This document shows positions 10,170 to 20,644 of a stretch of 64,000 nt of DNA, piece after piece (the stretch's first letter is position 1; the number at the start of each line of letters is the position of its first letter). Made by a program: the position numbers and the translations under genes. Source of the stretch: Acidobacteriota bacterium (lineage in GTDB: Bacteria; Acidobacteriota; UBA4820; DSQY01); assembly GCA_037445535.1 (NCBI GenBank), contig JBBIKI010000002.1, positions 14,338-78,337 on the forward strand, written 5' to 3'. The notes beneath the pieces are model-generated. The model made no database searches and had not been told where the DNA came from. It saw only the letters and a list, made by a program, of their open reading frames with translations.

Positions 10170-10429
10170 AAGGGCCTCCTCGGTCTCTCCTACGGCGGCG
10201 GGCGCCGGCGGGTTGCGCCACGGGGGTCCCGTAGGGCTCGCCGAAGAGGCGCGCGAGCGGCCTGGCGCTGGCTGCGGCATGGGCGGCGGCGAGGATGAGG
10301 GCGAGGGGCGCCCGGCCCGGCGCCGGAGATCAGGTTGCCGCCGCCAGTGGTTCCGGGCCATCTTGCGGTGCCAGCTCGTGGCGCCGGCCATGCTCGCCTC
10401 CCGCCCATCACCGCGCACACTCCCGGTGC

Positions 10430-11101
10430 CTATTCGAATTGGCGCCTGAATCCGTTCAATTCCTCGCGGAGCGATTGGACCTCATCCTTCAAGGCTTGAA
10501 CCTCTGCTTCCAGGGCAGCCATTCGGTCGCGCTCGGCGCGCACTTCCCTAAACACGGGCGCCTCCCGTCCGGCCGTGCCTTGTTCTTCAGGAGCCATGTC
10601 CGGGGCGCCGCAGAGGACGTGCATCCAGCGGTGCTCCTTGCGCCCCGGTTGGCGTGGCAGCCGGACCACGAGGGTGTCCTCCTCCCGCCGGGAGAGCGCG
10701 TCGAGAATCCCTTCTGCTTCTTCCACGTCCTCGAAGGCATGGAGGCGCTCGCACCGCCCGCGGATTTCCCCCGCCGTTTGGGGCCCGCGGAGGAGGAGAA
10801 GATCGAGCACGGCCACCTCTTCCGCCGATAGGCCCAGGGCCTCGGCAAGACGGTGGCGGTACTTTTGGACCCGGGAGTCGGGGCTGTCCACGAACCAGAC
10901 GAGGTGCTTGTCGCGCAGGCCGTCGAGAGCCCGTGCCACCGCGGCCTCGTCATAGTCCACGACGGGCTCGCGGCTCGACTTCTGGTTGCATGCGTTTTTC
11001 AGCGCGTTCAGGGACAGGGGATAATATTCGGGCGTGGTGAGCCCCTTCTCCACCAGTGAGCCCAGAACACGAGCCTCTTCCGGCGTGAGTGTTACTGCCA
11101 T
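10430..11101 (-). CDS. yceH: YceH/DUF480 (UPF0502) family protein
   Basis: MAVTLTPEEARVLGSLVEKGLTTPEYYPLSLNALKNACNQKSSREPVV... is collinear with E. coli YceH over the whole length. Confidence 0.85.
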   Translation of the reverse strand: MAVTLTPEEARVLGSLVEKGLTTPEYYPLSLNALKNACNQKSSREPVVDYDEAAVARALDGLRDKHLVWFVDSPDSRVQKYRHRLAEALGLSAEEVAVLDLLLLRGPQTAGEIRGRCERLHAFEDVEEAEGILDALSRREEDTLVVRLPRQPGRKEHRWMHVLCGAPDMAPEEQGTAGREAPVFREVRAERDRMAALEAEVQALKDEVQSLREELNGFRRQFE

Positions 11102-11390
11102 CCTCGTCCTCCCTGCGTGCCAGAGCAAGACCCGTTTTCGGGCGCCTTTCCGGTCACCCGAGCAACTTTCCGGCCTGGCGAGTCCTCCCGGTCCGTGGCC
11201 TGCCTACGTCGAAAACAGTCTATCACTCAAATTCCGTGGCGGGATGAAATTTCTTCACGAAGGCGTTAACTGGCCCTGAAGCAGAAAGTCTACCTGCTCG
11301 TACGGTACGGCAGGTACGGGGAACTGGCCCGTGGAACTTAAGCCTGGCCCGCCCAAGAACCTCCCGCCAGACCCCCCGAAGGAGGACGAC

Positions 11391-11948
11391 ATGTCTAAGA
11401 GAATGACATTCGGTTCCTTGGTTTTTGGCACGCTCGTTTCGTTGGTCCTGGTGCCCGCGGCGGCACTGATGCCCACGGACACTCTTCCTAAGGGACCTAG
11501 CCAGGTGAGCCTCCCCAGGCGCCCGATCGTGCTCATCGGCGATTCCTACCTCGCCCGGGTGACGAAGAAATCGGGAGATCTTCACACCATGTCCGCCATC
11601 ATCAAGGCTTCGGGGCTTGAGACCGCCCTGAACGCGAAGGGGCCTTATACCCTGTTTGCCCCCAGCGACGCGGCTTTCGCCAAAGTACCCAAGGCACAAC
11701 TGGAGGCCCTGCTCAAGGATCCCGCCAAGCTGAAAGCCTTCGTCATGGCCCACGTACTCTACGGCAGCATCACGACTCGTGACTTGGCCCGGGTCGACAT
11801 GGTCCTCGACGTGTCGGGCACCACGTATCCCGTTTCCAGCCAGGGCAGGGCGCTCATGGTCGGCGACGCCAAGATCGTGCGGCCCGATGTGGAGGCAGCC
11901 AACGGAACCCTCCAGGTCATCGATCGCGTATTGGTGCCCATGGCGTGA
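11391..11948 (+). CDS. secreted fasciclin (FAS1) domain protein
   Basis: Signal peptide, then a FAS1 domain (...YTLFAPSDAAFAKVP...HVLYGSITTRDL...TLQVIDRVLVP); SD AAGGAGG before the ATG at 11391. Confidence 0.85.
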   Translation: MSKRMTFGSLVFGTLVSLVLVPAAALMPTDTLPKGPSQVSLPRRPIVLIGDSYLARVTKKSGDLHTMSAIIKASGLETALNAKGPYTLFAPSDAAFAKVPKAQLEALLKDPAKLKAFVMAHVLYGSITTRDLARVDMVLDVSGTTYPVSSQGRALMVGDAKIVRPDVEAANGTLQVIDRVLVPMA

Positions 11949-11980
11949 GTTCTTCAAAGCGTCATCGGTCGTCCATCGTC

Positions 11981-12017
11981 AGGGGAGCCCCGGCGGGTCG
12001 GGCTCCCCTCCTTTTTA
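11981..12017 (+). terminator. rho-independent terminator after the fasciclin gene
   Basis: Perfect 10-bp stem AGGGGAGCCC / GGGCTCCCCT, 9-nt loop, followed by CCTTTTTAAA. Confidence 0.6.
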
Positions 12018-12145
12018 AAGGAAGCGAGAAAGTTGGGAACCGATCCGATACCCTTCGCTTCCGCCTCCTGCTATTTCCTGTTCTCTCCTGCCTACTGCCC
12101 GTTGCCTATCCTTCGGATCCCGAATTCCGAATTCCGCTTATTCCC

Positions 12146-13828
<1,683 letters not shown>

Positions 13829-13972
13829 GCGTACAAGTCCTCCGCGTGGAGTTTAGCAGAGTGGAGAGGGTGGAGGGAGGAGTGGACAGTGACAAGCGTA
13901 ATGATACCTGGAGAGGTGCTGGCCGGCGGCCTGGAGCGCTGCGGTTACAGTTCCCGCAGCCGCCTCGCTCCG

Positions 13973-15298
13973 CTAATCCCAATACAAGGCCTTGAGCGCG
14001 TAGACTTGCCAGAGAGCGTGGTCGTGGAGGGCGTCGAGGTCTTGCGGGGCGAGGGCGGAAAAGCCCGTGGCAACGGCGTTGGCCCTGCGCACCCCCGCAG
14101 GGCCACCCATGCGGGCGTAGGCCTCGCGAGCGGAAGCCAGGTCGACCCCGAGAGCCTCCAGAAGGCTCTCCACGCCTTCGGGCGTCTCCCGCCCCGGGGC
14201 CGGAAGGCTCGCGCCCGCGTGAAGGGCCAGCTCCATGAGCCTCCAGCGCGGCACGTTGCTGGTGAGGTGGTCCCAGTCCTGGTCCACCCTCACCATGAGC
14301 ACGTTTCGGCGCACGAGCGGCGCGGGCGCCGAGCGCAGGCCATCGAAGGTGCGGCCGAGCTGCTCGTCGAGGGCCTGGGTGCGCTGGGAGGGATCGAGGA
14401 GGACCGACGCCGCCCACGACCCCTCCAAGGCCGCCATCACCTCGTGGCGGGTGTGCCGGTCGTTCTTGTCATTCATGAGAATGGAGATCTGCTTCAGGAT
14501 CTCCGCCGAGGCCATCCCCATGAAGGTGCTCTCCGCGCGGTCTTTCAGGCTGGGCTTCCAGAGCCCCGGCGCGGTCCCCGCGTCGCTTACAACCATATCC
14601 CAACTTTGGAATGGCCCGCGCTTGAGGAGAGACTCGGCCCCTAGGTTCTCCAGCACGCCGCCGTCCGTCAGCTCCAGGGCGTCAAGGCCGCTTAGGTCTG
14701 TCCCCGCGCCCCAGTCCCCGGGCAGCTCCCGTCCCCGCCGGAGCGACACGGGCTTGAGCCCGATGGGGAAGGCCGCCGAAGCCGCCACGGCACGCGCCAG
14801 AGGGAAGTCCGTCATGCGTGCCACGGGAAGATCCACCGAGCGCTGCCCCGGCAGAAAGCGCCCCGCCGTGCGGAAGCCGTCCCTGTAGAACTGTCCCACC
14901 TGCCCCGTGTTCAGCACCGCCGCGTTCACGCACAGCAGGGGCCGCTCGGGCAGGCCGCCCAGCGTGAGACCCTGATAGAAGATGCGGTCGAAGGCTACCG
15001 CGAGCAGGTCCGTCCGGGTGGTGCCCGGAAAGGGCAGGGCGAGCGTGCGCCAAGAGAGGAGAGCCCGCGCGATGAAACCCTTGCCCAGCTCGGCCCTCAG
15101 CCGCGATTGAAAGGCCCCGAGGGCCTCGCCCCGTTTCAGCGACGCCACCCACGCCGCCCCGAAGACCGAGCCACCCGACACCGTGGAGACCACGTCCACC
15201 GAAGCCAGCAGCCCCACCGCGTCCAGCCCCGCCAGCGTCCCCCCGTGGAACGCCGCCGCCCGTGACCCGCCGCCCGAAAGAGCAAGACCTATGGACAT
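13973..15298 (-). CDS. patatin-like phospholipase with an extra roughly 190-aa C-terminal region
   Basis: Oxyanion GLALSGGGSRAAAFHGG; GxSxG serine motif STVSGGSVFG; catalytic DGG in LTDGGVLENLG. Confidence 0.85.
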   Translation of the reverse strand: MSIGLALSGGGSRAAAFHGGTLAGLDAVGLLASVDVVSTVSGGSVFGAAWVASLKRGEALGAFQSRLRAELGKGFIARALLSWRTLALPFPGTTRTDLLAVAFDRIFYQGLTLGGLPERPLLCVNAAVLNTGQVGQFYRDGFRTAGRFLPGQRSVDLPVARMTDFPLARAVAASAAFPIGLKPVSLRRGRELPGDWGAGTDLSGLDALELTDGGVLENLGAESLLKRGPFQSWDMVVSDAGTAPGLWKPSLKDRAESTFMGMASAEILKQISILMNDKNDRHTRHEVMAALEGSWAASVLLDPSQRTQALDEQLGRTFDGLRSAPAPLVRRNVLMVRVDQDWDHLTSNVPRWRLMELALHAGASLPAPGRETPEGVESLLEALGVDLASAREAYARMGGPAGVRRANAVATGFSALAPQDLDALHDHALWQVYALKALYWD

Positions 15299-15488
15299 GG
15301 CTCACCATCACCTTTACCAAGGGCAGCAGAAACATTCAGAGTATAAACCCAAAGCCGAAACGCGCGGCCCGATTCGAACACAAAGCCCGCGCGAGCACGT
15401 GGTTTGATTGGCGCCGCCGGCGGCACCGAGGACCCGGGCGGCCGCGGCAGGCTTCGCCTGCGGAAACGACTCGATGGTTTTGCAGAGA

Positions 15489-16136
15489 TTAGTTTCGGCG
15501 CTCTCGGCCTTCGGGCGTGCCCGATCGGGCGAGGGTGAGGCGGCGCCAGGGGCCCCATTGGTCTTGCTGGCCGCGGCTCCACATCCAGGCCATGACGTTG
15601 ATGGCGTCATCGGGGTCCAGGGGGGAGCACAAATCGGAAGAATCGAGGAGACCGGCATCCTTCATGGCGCGGACGTTGGCCTTGAACGTGGCGGGCATGA
15701 ACTGGCACAGGCCCACATAGCGGCCGCTGCGCGAGCGGGCCTCGGGGAATCTCCGGCTCTCCTCATGAATGACCCACAGCATGTCGTGAACGAGGTGGGG
15801 GACGCCGTACCGGGCCGCGTAACGTTCGACCAAGGCCCGTACCTCGTCCGTGGACAGCCGCCGGCTCTGATGCCGGGAGGGCGCGGCGGGGGGCTGCGCC
15901 GGGTGAACCACCCCGGCGGGGGCCTGCGCCGGATGGACGGATGTCTCGGCGGATAAAAGGGTTGATGGGGCGCGCGTGGTTGCGTCCAAATGCACGGGGC
16001 TGGGCACCGTGACGGGGGAGGGGGACGTCACGGGACCCGCACCGGCGTTCATGGCGACCATGGAAAAGCCCGCCAGGAGGGCCACGGCGGCCATGGAAGA
16101 CCAGACATAAGCTCGCACCCGGGTTTTTTTCATCAC
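15489..16136 (-). CDS. secreted lytic transglycosylase (SLT domain) protein
   Basis: Signal peptide; SLT core ...WVIHEESRRFPEARSRSGRYVGLCQFMPATF... Confidence 0.8.
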   Translation of the reverse strand: MMKKTRVRAYVWSSMAAVALLAGFSMVAMNAGAGPVTSPSPVTVPSPVHLDATTRAPSTLLSAETSVHPAQAPAGVVHPAQPPAAPSRHQSRRLSTDEVRALVERYAARYGVPHLVHDMLWVIHEESRRFPEARSRSGRYVGLCQFMPATFKANVRAMKDAGLLDSSDLCSPLDPDDAINVMAWMWSRGQQDQWGPWRRLTLARSGTPEGRERRN

Positions 16137-16316
16137 GTTCGGCCACCGCCATTTCTATGGGAGAGCATAGACTAGCATACTTTCCCATCAGAATGCAAAG
16201 ACTTAGTCTGCCAGGAAAACAATGGCGGGGTGGAAGGGTATTCCCGAAGGGAGTGTTGGGGTGTTCTGGGGGGTGGGATGATCCCTTCCGCCCGGCGCAA
16301 TGACAGGAGGCGGCCC

Positions 16317-16523
16317 GTGAGCGAGAAAGTGTTCAAGAAGATCCGCGTGGTGGGGTGTTCATCCAAGAGTTTTGAGGACGCGGTGACGATGGCCGTGGAA
16401 AAGGCGTCCAGCAGCCTGCACGACCTTTCCTGGTTTGAAGTGTCCGAGTTCCGGGGGGCGATCAGCGGCGGAAAGGTGGTGGAGTGGCAGGCCACCGTGG
16501 ACCTGTCCTTCAAGCTGGAATAG
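16317..16523 (+). CDS. dodecin family flavin-binding protein (68 aa)
   Basis: VSEKVFKKIRVVGCSSKSFEDAVTMAVEKASSSLHDLSWFEVSEFRGAISGGKVVEWQATVDLSFKLE; AGGAGG SD before the GTG at 16317. The track ORF starts at 16230 with a non-homologous extension. Confidence 0.7.
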   Translation: MSEKVFKKIRVVGCSSKSFEDAVTMAVEKASSSLHDLSWFEVSEFRGAISGGKVVEWQATVDLSFKLE

Positions 16524-16685
16524 GGACATCACCAGCGGGGGGCCGCCGCAACACTGGAGGGGGCCCGACACACCAGCCAGGCTAGCGGGAGGCCCAGCGA
16601 CCCGAAGGTGTTGCCTCCTGGCCTTGGGCACGTCCTCCCTTTTGACGGCGATGGCGCAGGGCTTCCGCCTCATGTCCATCCCCCG

Positions 16686-17174
16686 TCAGCCCGTGGTGAC
16701 GCCCCAGATGGCCACGGTGGCGCCTGTTTTAAGATAGTCGCCGATCTTGTGCACGGCGTTGCCCTCGGAGGGATCCTGGATCGTTTGGTCGAGGGCTCCG
16801 GGGGTGACCTTGACAATGCAGTGGCTGGAGTCACTCATGGACTGGACCGTTCCGATGGCGGGCCTGAACATGGCGCCGGACCGCTCGATGATCAGCCGGA
16901 CGGGCATGCCGGGGACGGCCTCCGTCGTGGGGTTGCTCAGGCTTTTTGTCTGTGAAGGGTTGGGCACGCCCGTACTCAGCTGAGGGTTCGAGGGCTGTGC
17001 CAAAACGGACTCGATGGTGACCTCCAGATAAAGGCCCCCTTCTTTCTGGACGATTCTTTCAATAGTCCCCATGCGAGTGACGGGGCCCTCCTGGGCCTGG
17101 GCGGCCAAAGCCAGCATCAGGGCCGCGGCCACCGCGAAGACCCAGCGCGCGGATGGCACTCTCAAGCGGTTCAT
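16686..17174 (-). CDS. secreted hypothetical protein
   Basis: Signal peptide MNRLRVPSARWVFAVAAALMLALAAQA; no recognisable domain. Confidence 0.5.
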   Translation of the reverse strand: MNRLRVPSARWVFAVAAALMLALAAQAQEGPVTRMGTIERIVQKEGGLYLEVTIESVLAQPSNPQLSTGVPNPSQTKSLSNPTTEAVPGMPVRLIIERSGAMFRPAIGTVQSMSDSSHCIVKVTPGALDQTIQDPSEGNAVHKIGDYLKTGATVAIWGVTTG

Positions 17175-17247
17175 GCGAACCTCCCACAAAGATTAAGAAA
17201 CCCTATGCAAGGTATCTTAATGCCCGGGGAGTGGAGGCGCCACCCTC

Positions 17248-17799
17248 TTACCGGTCCTGGACCGGATGATCTTTCCAGCCATGGAACTTCCCCAGCCTCC
17301 GGTATTCCTCAACGTACTCGGCGTAGTTGCGCCACCCATCGCGCACGGCCTGGACTTCTCCGGGCGAAAGAGCCCTTACCGGACGGGCGGGCGATCCCAG
17401 CACCAAATGCCCCGCGGGCATGACCCTGCCCTGGGTCACTACGGAGCCTGCTCCCACCACTACATCTTCCTCGATGACACAGCCATCCAACAGGATCGCG
17501 CCCATTCCGATGAGGGCGGGCCCTTTCACGGTGCACCCGTGGAGGATGGCGCCGTGGCCCATGACCACGCCGGGCCCGATCGTCAGCGGATAGGTGTCGT
17601 GGGTCGTGTGAAGAACGCAGTTGTCTTGAATGTTCGTGCGCTCTCCGATTCTGATGAAGTGCACGTCGCCGCGGATGGAGACGTTGAACCACACCGAAGC
17701 TCCTTCGGCGATGGCCACGTCACCGTTGATGCGCGACGTGGGATCAACATATACCGAGGGGTGGATATCCGGATGGCGTTCTAGGTGGGAAAGGCGCAT
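17248..17799 (-). CDS. gamma-class carbonic anhydrase / hexapeptide-repeat (YrdA/PaaY-like) protein
   Basis: Left-handed beta-helix hexapeptide repeats with the conserved His ligands (...NIQDNCVLHTTHD..., GHGAILHGC...). Confidence 0.9.
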   Translation of the reverse strand: MRLSHLERHPDIHPSVYVDPTSRINGDVAIAEGASVWFNVSIRGDVHFIRIGERTNIQDNCVLHTTHDTYPLTIGPGVVMGHGAILHGCTVKGPALIGMGAILLDGCVIEEDVVVGAGSVVTQGRVMPAGHLVLGSPARPVRALSPGEVQAVRDGWRNYAEYVEEYRRLGKFHGWKDHPVQDR

Positions 17800-17888
17800 G
17801 GGCTGCTCCTGGCTGGATGAGGCGCTGGCGGTGCATTCCCCTCACGTTTTACCTTTCATTGCTTTTCACTTTATCACTTTATTGCTTC

Positions 17889-19367
17889 TCACTCAGTGCT
17901 CTTCACCATTTTGTCATAGATCCACAACGCGCCGGCCACGAGGAGGCTCCATAGGCCAAATCCGTACCAGACCCACTCGGGGTGCCCCATGGCCGCGAAA
18001 AAGTGCATGAGGTGGGTCCCCGCCGTGGGGCCGATACCAAAACCGATGGCGAAGGGCAGGAACCCGTAGCCGATATACAGCGCGAGCTTGTCCTTGGGCG
18101 CGATGACCGACACGTACTCCACCATCCGGGGGCTGAACATCATCTCGCCCGCGGACCAGATGACGAGGGAGAAGCTCACCGCCCAAGCGCCGATATTCTC
18201 CCCGAAGATGCTGATCGTGGAGACGGCCACGGAGGCGATGACGATGCCTAGAACCATGGAGGGAAGGGGCCGGTACTTCGACATCCATTTCCCGACGAGG
18301 ACCTGGAAGAGGACGATCATGATGGGATCCACTGCTTGGAAATATTCGATGTGCGCCTTCATGGCCGGGTCGAGGGAAGTGATGTAGAGGGGAATGTTGG
18401 TCCAAATTTGGCTGTAGAGGGCCCAGACACCGGAGAAGATGAGGATGAACGCCAGTAGCCTGCCGTCCCCGAACCGCTGGCGCTGCAACAGGGGGTGGGA
18501 GAAAAGCCGTCCCGACCGGTGTTCCAAGATCGGGAAATATACGTCCGCGAGCACGTTGAGAATCACCCACGCTCCCACCGCCACCCAGAGGTCCTGACCC
18601 TTGAACAGAGGCTCGCCCCGAAGAAAATACAGTGCCGCGAGGCCGGAGGTGGTGATCATCAGGCGGGCGTTGCCCAGCACCAGCACCATGTCGCCCAGCA
18701 CCGCGGCAAGTGATTTGGCTTTGGCCGCGGCCTCCACGGGAAGGTTCTTGAACATGAAGAGCGTCACCAGGATGGCGCTCGTCTCCACCACGCCGCACGC
18801 CACGAAGATAAAGGCCGGGTGGCCTGTGGACACGCGCACGCCATTGGCGAGGAAGGGGGCGAGGAAGGAGCCCACGTTGATGATCATGTAGTAGATGGAG
18901 AACCCCAGGGTGCGCGTCCCTTCCGTGGTGGCCGCCTTCACGGTTCCCGCGATGACCGGTTTCATCACCGCTCCGCCCAGGGCGATGACCATGAGGGCAG
19001 CGAAAACAGCCGGGTAGGAGGTGACGCGGCTGGCGAGGAAGTACCCGGCGGTGATTATCACCAGGGAGACGGCCATGGTTTCCTTGAACCCGTAACGGTC
19101 CGCCAGGGCGCCGATGAGGATGGGCAGAAAGTAGCCCACGAAGAGCATGGTCCCGTACATGGCGCTGGCCCGCAGGTCCCCAAAGCCAAGATCTTCTGCC
19201 AAATAGATGATGAGGTAGCTCAGCATGCTGTAGGAGGCGAGGCAGTGCAGCAGCTCCGTAATGATGGCCGCCCAGAAGGTCCGGTTGAACTGTCTGAGGG
19301 ATGCGTTCAGCGAGAGTCCCATGGCGTCTCCGTGGGGAAAGGGGAACAGAGAGATGGAAGCAGGCAA
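17889..19367 (-). CDS. POT/PTR2 family proton-dependent peptide transporter (MFS)
   Basis: PTR2 signatures GALADRYGFKETMAVSLVIITAGYFL and FSIYYMIINVGSFLAP; about 14 TM helices. The true start may be an internal Met near 19322. Confidence 0.85.
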   Translation of the reverse strand: MPASISLFPFPHGDAMGLSLNASLRQFNRTFWAAIITELLHCLASYSMLSYLIIYLAEDLGFGDLRASAMYGTMLFVGYFLPILIGALADRYGFKETMAVSLVIITAGYFLASRVTSYPAVFAALMVIALGGAVMKPVIAGTVKAATTEGTRTLGFSIYYMIINVGSFLAPFLANGVRVSTGHPAFIFVACGVVETSAILVTLFMFKNLPVEAAAKAKSLAAVLGDMVLVLGNARLMITTSGLAALYFLRGEPLFKGQDLWVAVGAWVILNVLADVYFPILEHRSGRLFSHPLLQRQRFGDGRLLAFILIFSGVWALYSQIWTNIPLYITSLDPAMKAHIEYFQAVDPIMIVLFQVLVGKWMSKYRPLPSMVLGIVIASVAVSTISIFGENIGAWAVSFSLVIWSAGEMMFSPRMVEYVSVIAPKDKLALYIGYGFLPFAIGFGIGPTAGTHLMHFFAAMGHPEWVWYGFGLWSLLVAGALWIYDKMVKSTE

Positions 19368-19416
19368 CCGATAGGCCGTGTCGGCGGGAGGACCCTTCGA
19401 CCCGGTGGCTTTCTCC

Positions 19417-20382
19417 TCATCCCCTCATCTCCTCCTCACCGATCGAAGCGATGGTGCGAAGGATGCGGGGAATGTCCCGATCATAACGGTGTATCCAGAG
19501 AACTTCCAGGCCCAGGTGCTCGAAGGCGTCCCAGACAGCCCGGCGCGATGCGGAGTAGCGAATGGCGCTTCGGGCGTCACGGGGCAAAACCGCCGGCGGT
19601 TTCAGGAGGAGGTAGTGACCCACGGGCGAGGCGAGCCTTCTCGCCAGGTCCAGGAGGCGGCGCAGGTTCGGGTCTTCCCCCGACGTACCGATGAAGAGGC
19701 ATGTGGAACGCGCCAGGAGCTGGATGGCCACGTGGTCCGTCCAGTGGTAGCCCTGGTGGAGGAGGCCGTGGTAGTCGTCCTCGGACAGGATGAGCCCATC
19801 CGAGTGCGGCTCCCGGGGATCACGGGGCAAATACCCGTGGGTATGGTAGATGGGAATGCGGCCCGACCTAGGGTGGATGGGGGCGGCGAAGACTGTTTGA
19901 TAGCGGCCTCCCACTTCGAGACGCGCGGCGAAGGTCTCCAGCAAGTCGTCGAAATTGAGGGTGAGGATGGCCTGGAGGCGCTCGAGGGTGAGAATCCAAC
20001 GGACCGTCTGGGAGAGGCGCATGGGACCTTCATAAAGGGCCGTTCTCACTTCATCCAGGTAACGGCCGCCCAGCTTTGCTTTGACATAACGTCCCACCAT
20101 GGGGCGAACCCGGTCCTTCAGCGTGGCCTCGATATCTCTGGCGTGCAGGGGAGCCTCGTCGGGCCCCACGGCTTCGTAGAGGCCTTCTAAGGCTCTTCTG
20201 AGGAGAGTCCTGTTAAGTTCGGACCATTCGGGAAGGCCGCATCCCTTGGAAATGCCTGCCCCCAAAACAAGGCTCAGGCGGCCCGTGCGGTACGCCTCCG
20301 CCAAGGCGTGAATGCGGGGGGCGTTCCAGCCCTCCTCCTTGGCGATTTCCTTCTGTGCCAGCGGGTGAACATGCTCCGCCAT
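19417..20382 (-). CDS. stand-alone SIR2_2 family (sirtuin-like, predicted NAD-binding/NADase fold) protein, about 321 aa
   Basis: SIR2_2 motifs in order: LSLVLGAGISKGCGLPEWSEL, ILTLNFDDLLE (catalytic-position Asn), IPIYHTHGYL (catalytic-position His), STCLFIGTSGEDPNLRRLL. Start ATG at 20382 with a GGAGAG SD; the upstream track extension is low complexity. Confidence 0.8.
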   Translation of the reverse strand: MAEHVHPLAQKEIAKEEGWNAPRIHALAEAYRTGRLSLVLGAGISKGCGLPEWSELNRTLLRRALEGLYEAVGPDEAPLHARDIEATLKDRVRPMVGRYVKAKLGGRYLDEVRTALYEGPMRLSQTVRWILTLERLQAILTLNFDDLLETFAARLEVGGRYQTVFAAPIHPRSGRIPIYHTHGYLPRDPREPHSDGLILSEDDYHGLLHQGYHWTDHVAIQLLARSTCLFIGTSGEDPNLRRLLDLARRLASPVGHYLLLKPPAVLPRDARSAIRYSASRRAVWDAFEHLGLEVLWIHRYDRDIPRILRTIASIGEEEMRG

Positions 20383-20504
20383 GGCCTCTCCGTCTCGTCT
20401 CCGCGCGGCCTTTGGGATGGGCGGAAACCGAAACGAGTGTAGCGGAGGGCCGGGGCTGCCGCAATGCTTTGAGGGGCGGAACAAATGATGGGAGTTCATT
20501 GTTG

Positions 20505-20518
20505 TACTTCTAGAAGTA
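20505..20518. promoter_or_regulatory. perfect 14-bp palindrome TACTTCTAGAAGTA in an AT-rich patch of the divergent SIR2 / PAS-sensor intergenic region (candidate operator)
   Basis: Read directly from the sequence; 14/14 self-complementary; lies between genes transcribed in opposite directions. Confidence 0.4.
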
Positions 20519-20644
20519 TAGCCTTGGCCATGGGCCGGTTGCACGGACGCGGGTTTCTTGCATGAACACGCGGAGGGACCCATACTCTCTCATAGGGATC
20601 ATGTTCATCAACCGTGGCGGCCTTGGAACTAGCGTCCCGCCGCG

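Noticed and set aside
20383-20583. The upstream 67-aa extension of the SIR2-like ORF (MGPSACSCKK...)
   Set aside because: It is low-complexity with no SIR2 homology. The internal ATG at 20382 has a GGAGAG Shine-Dalgarno and begins the conserved domain.
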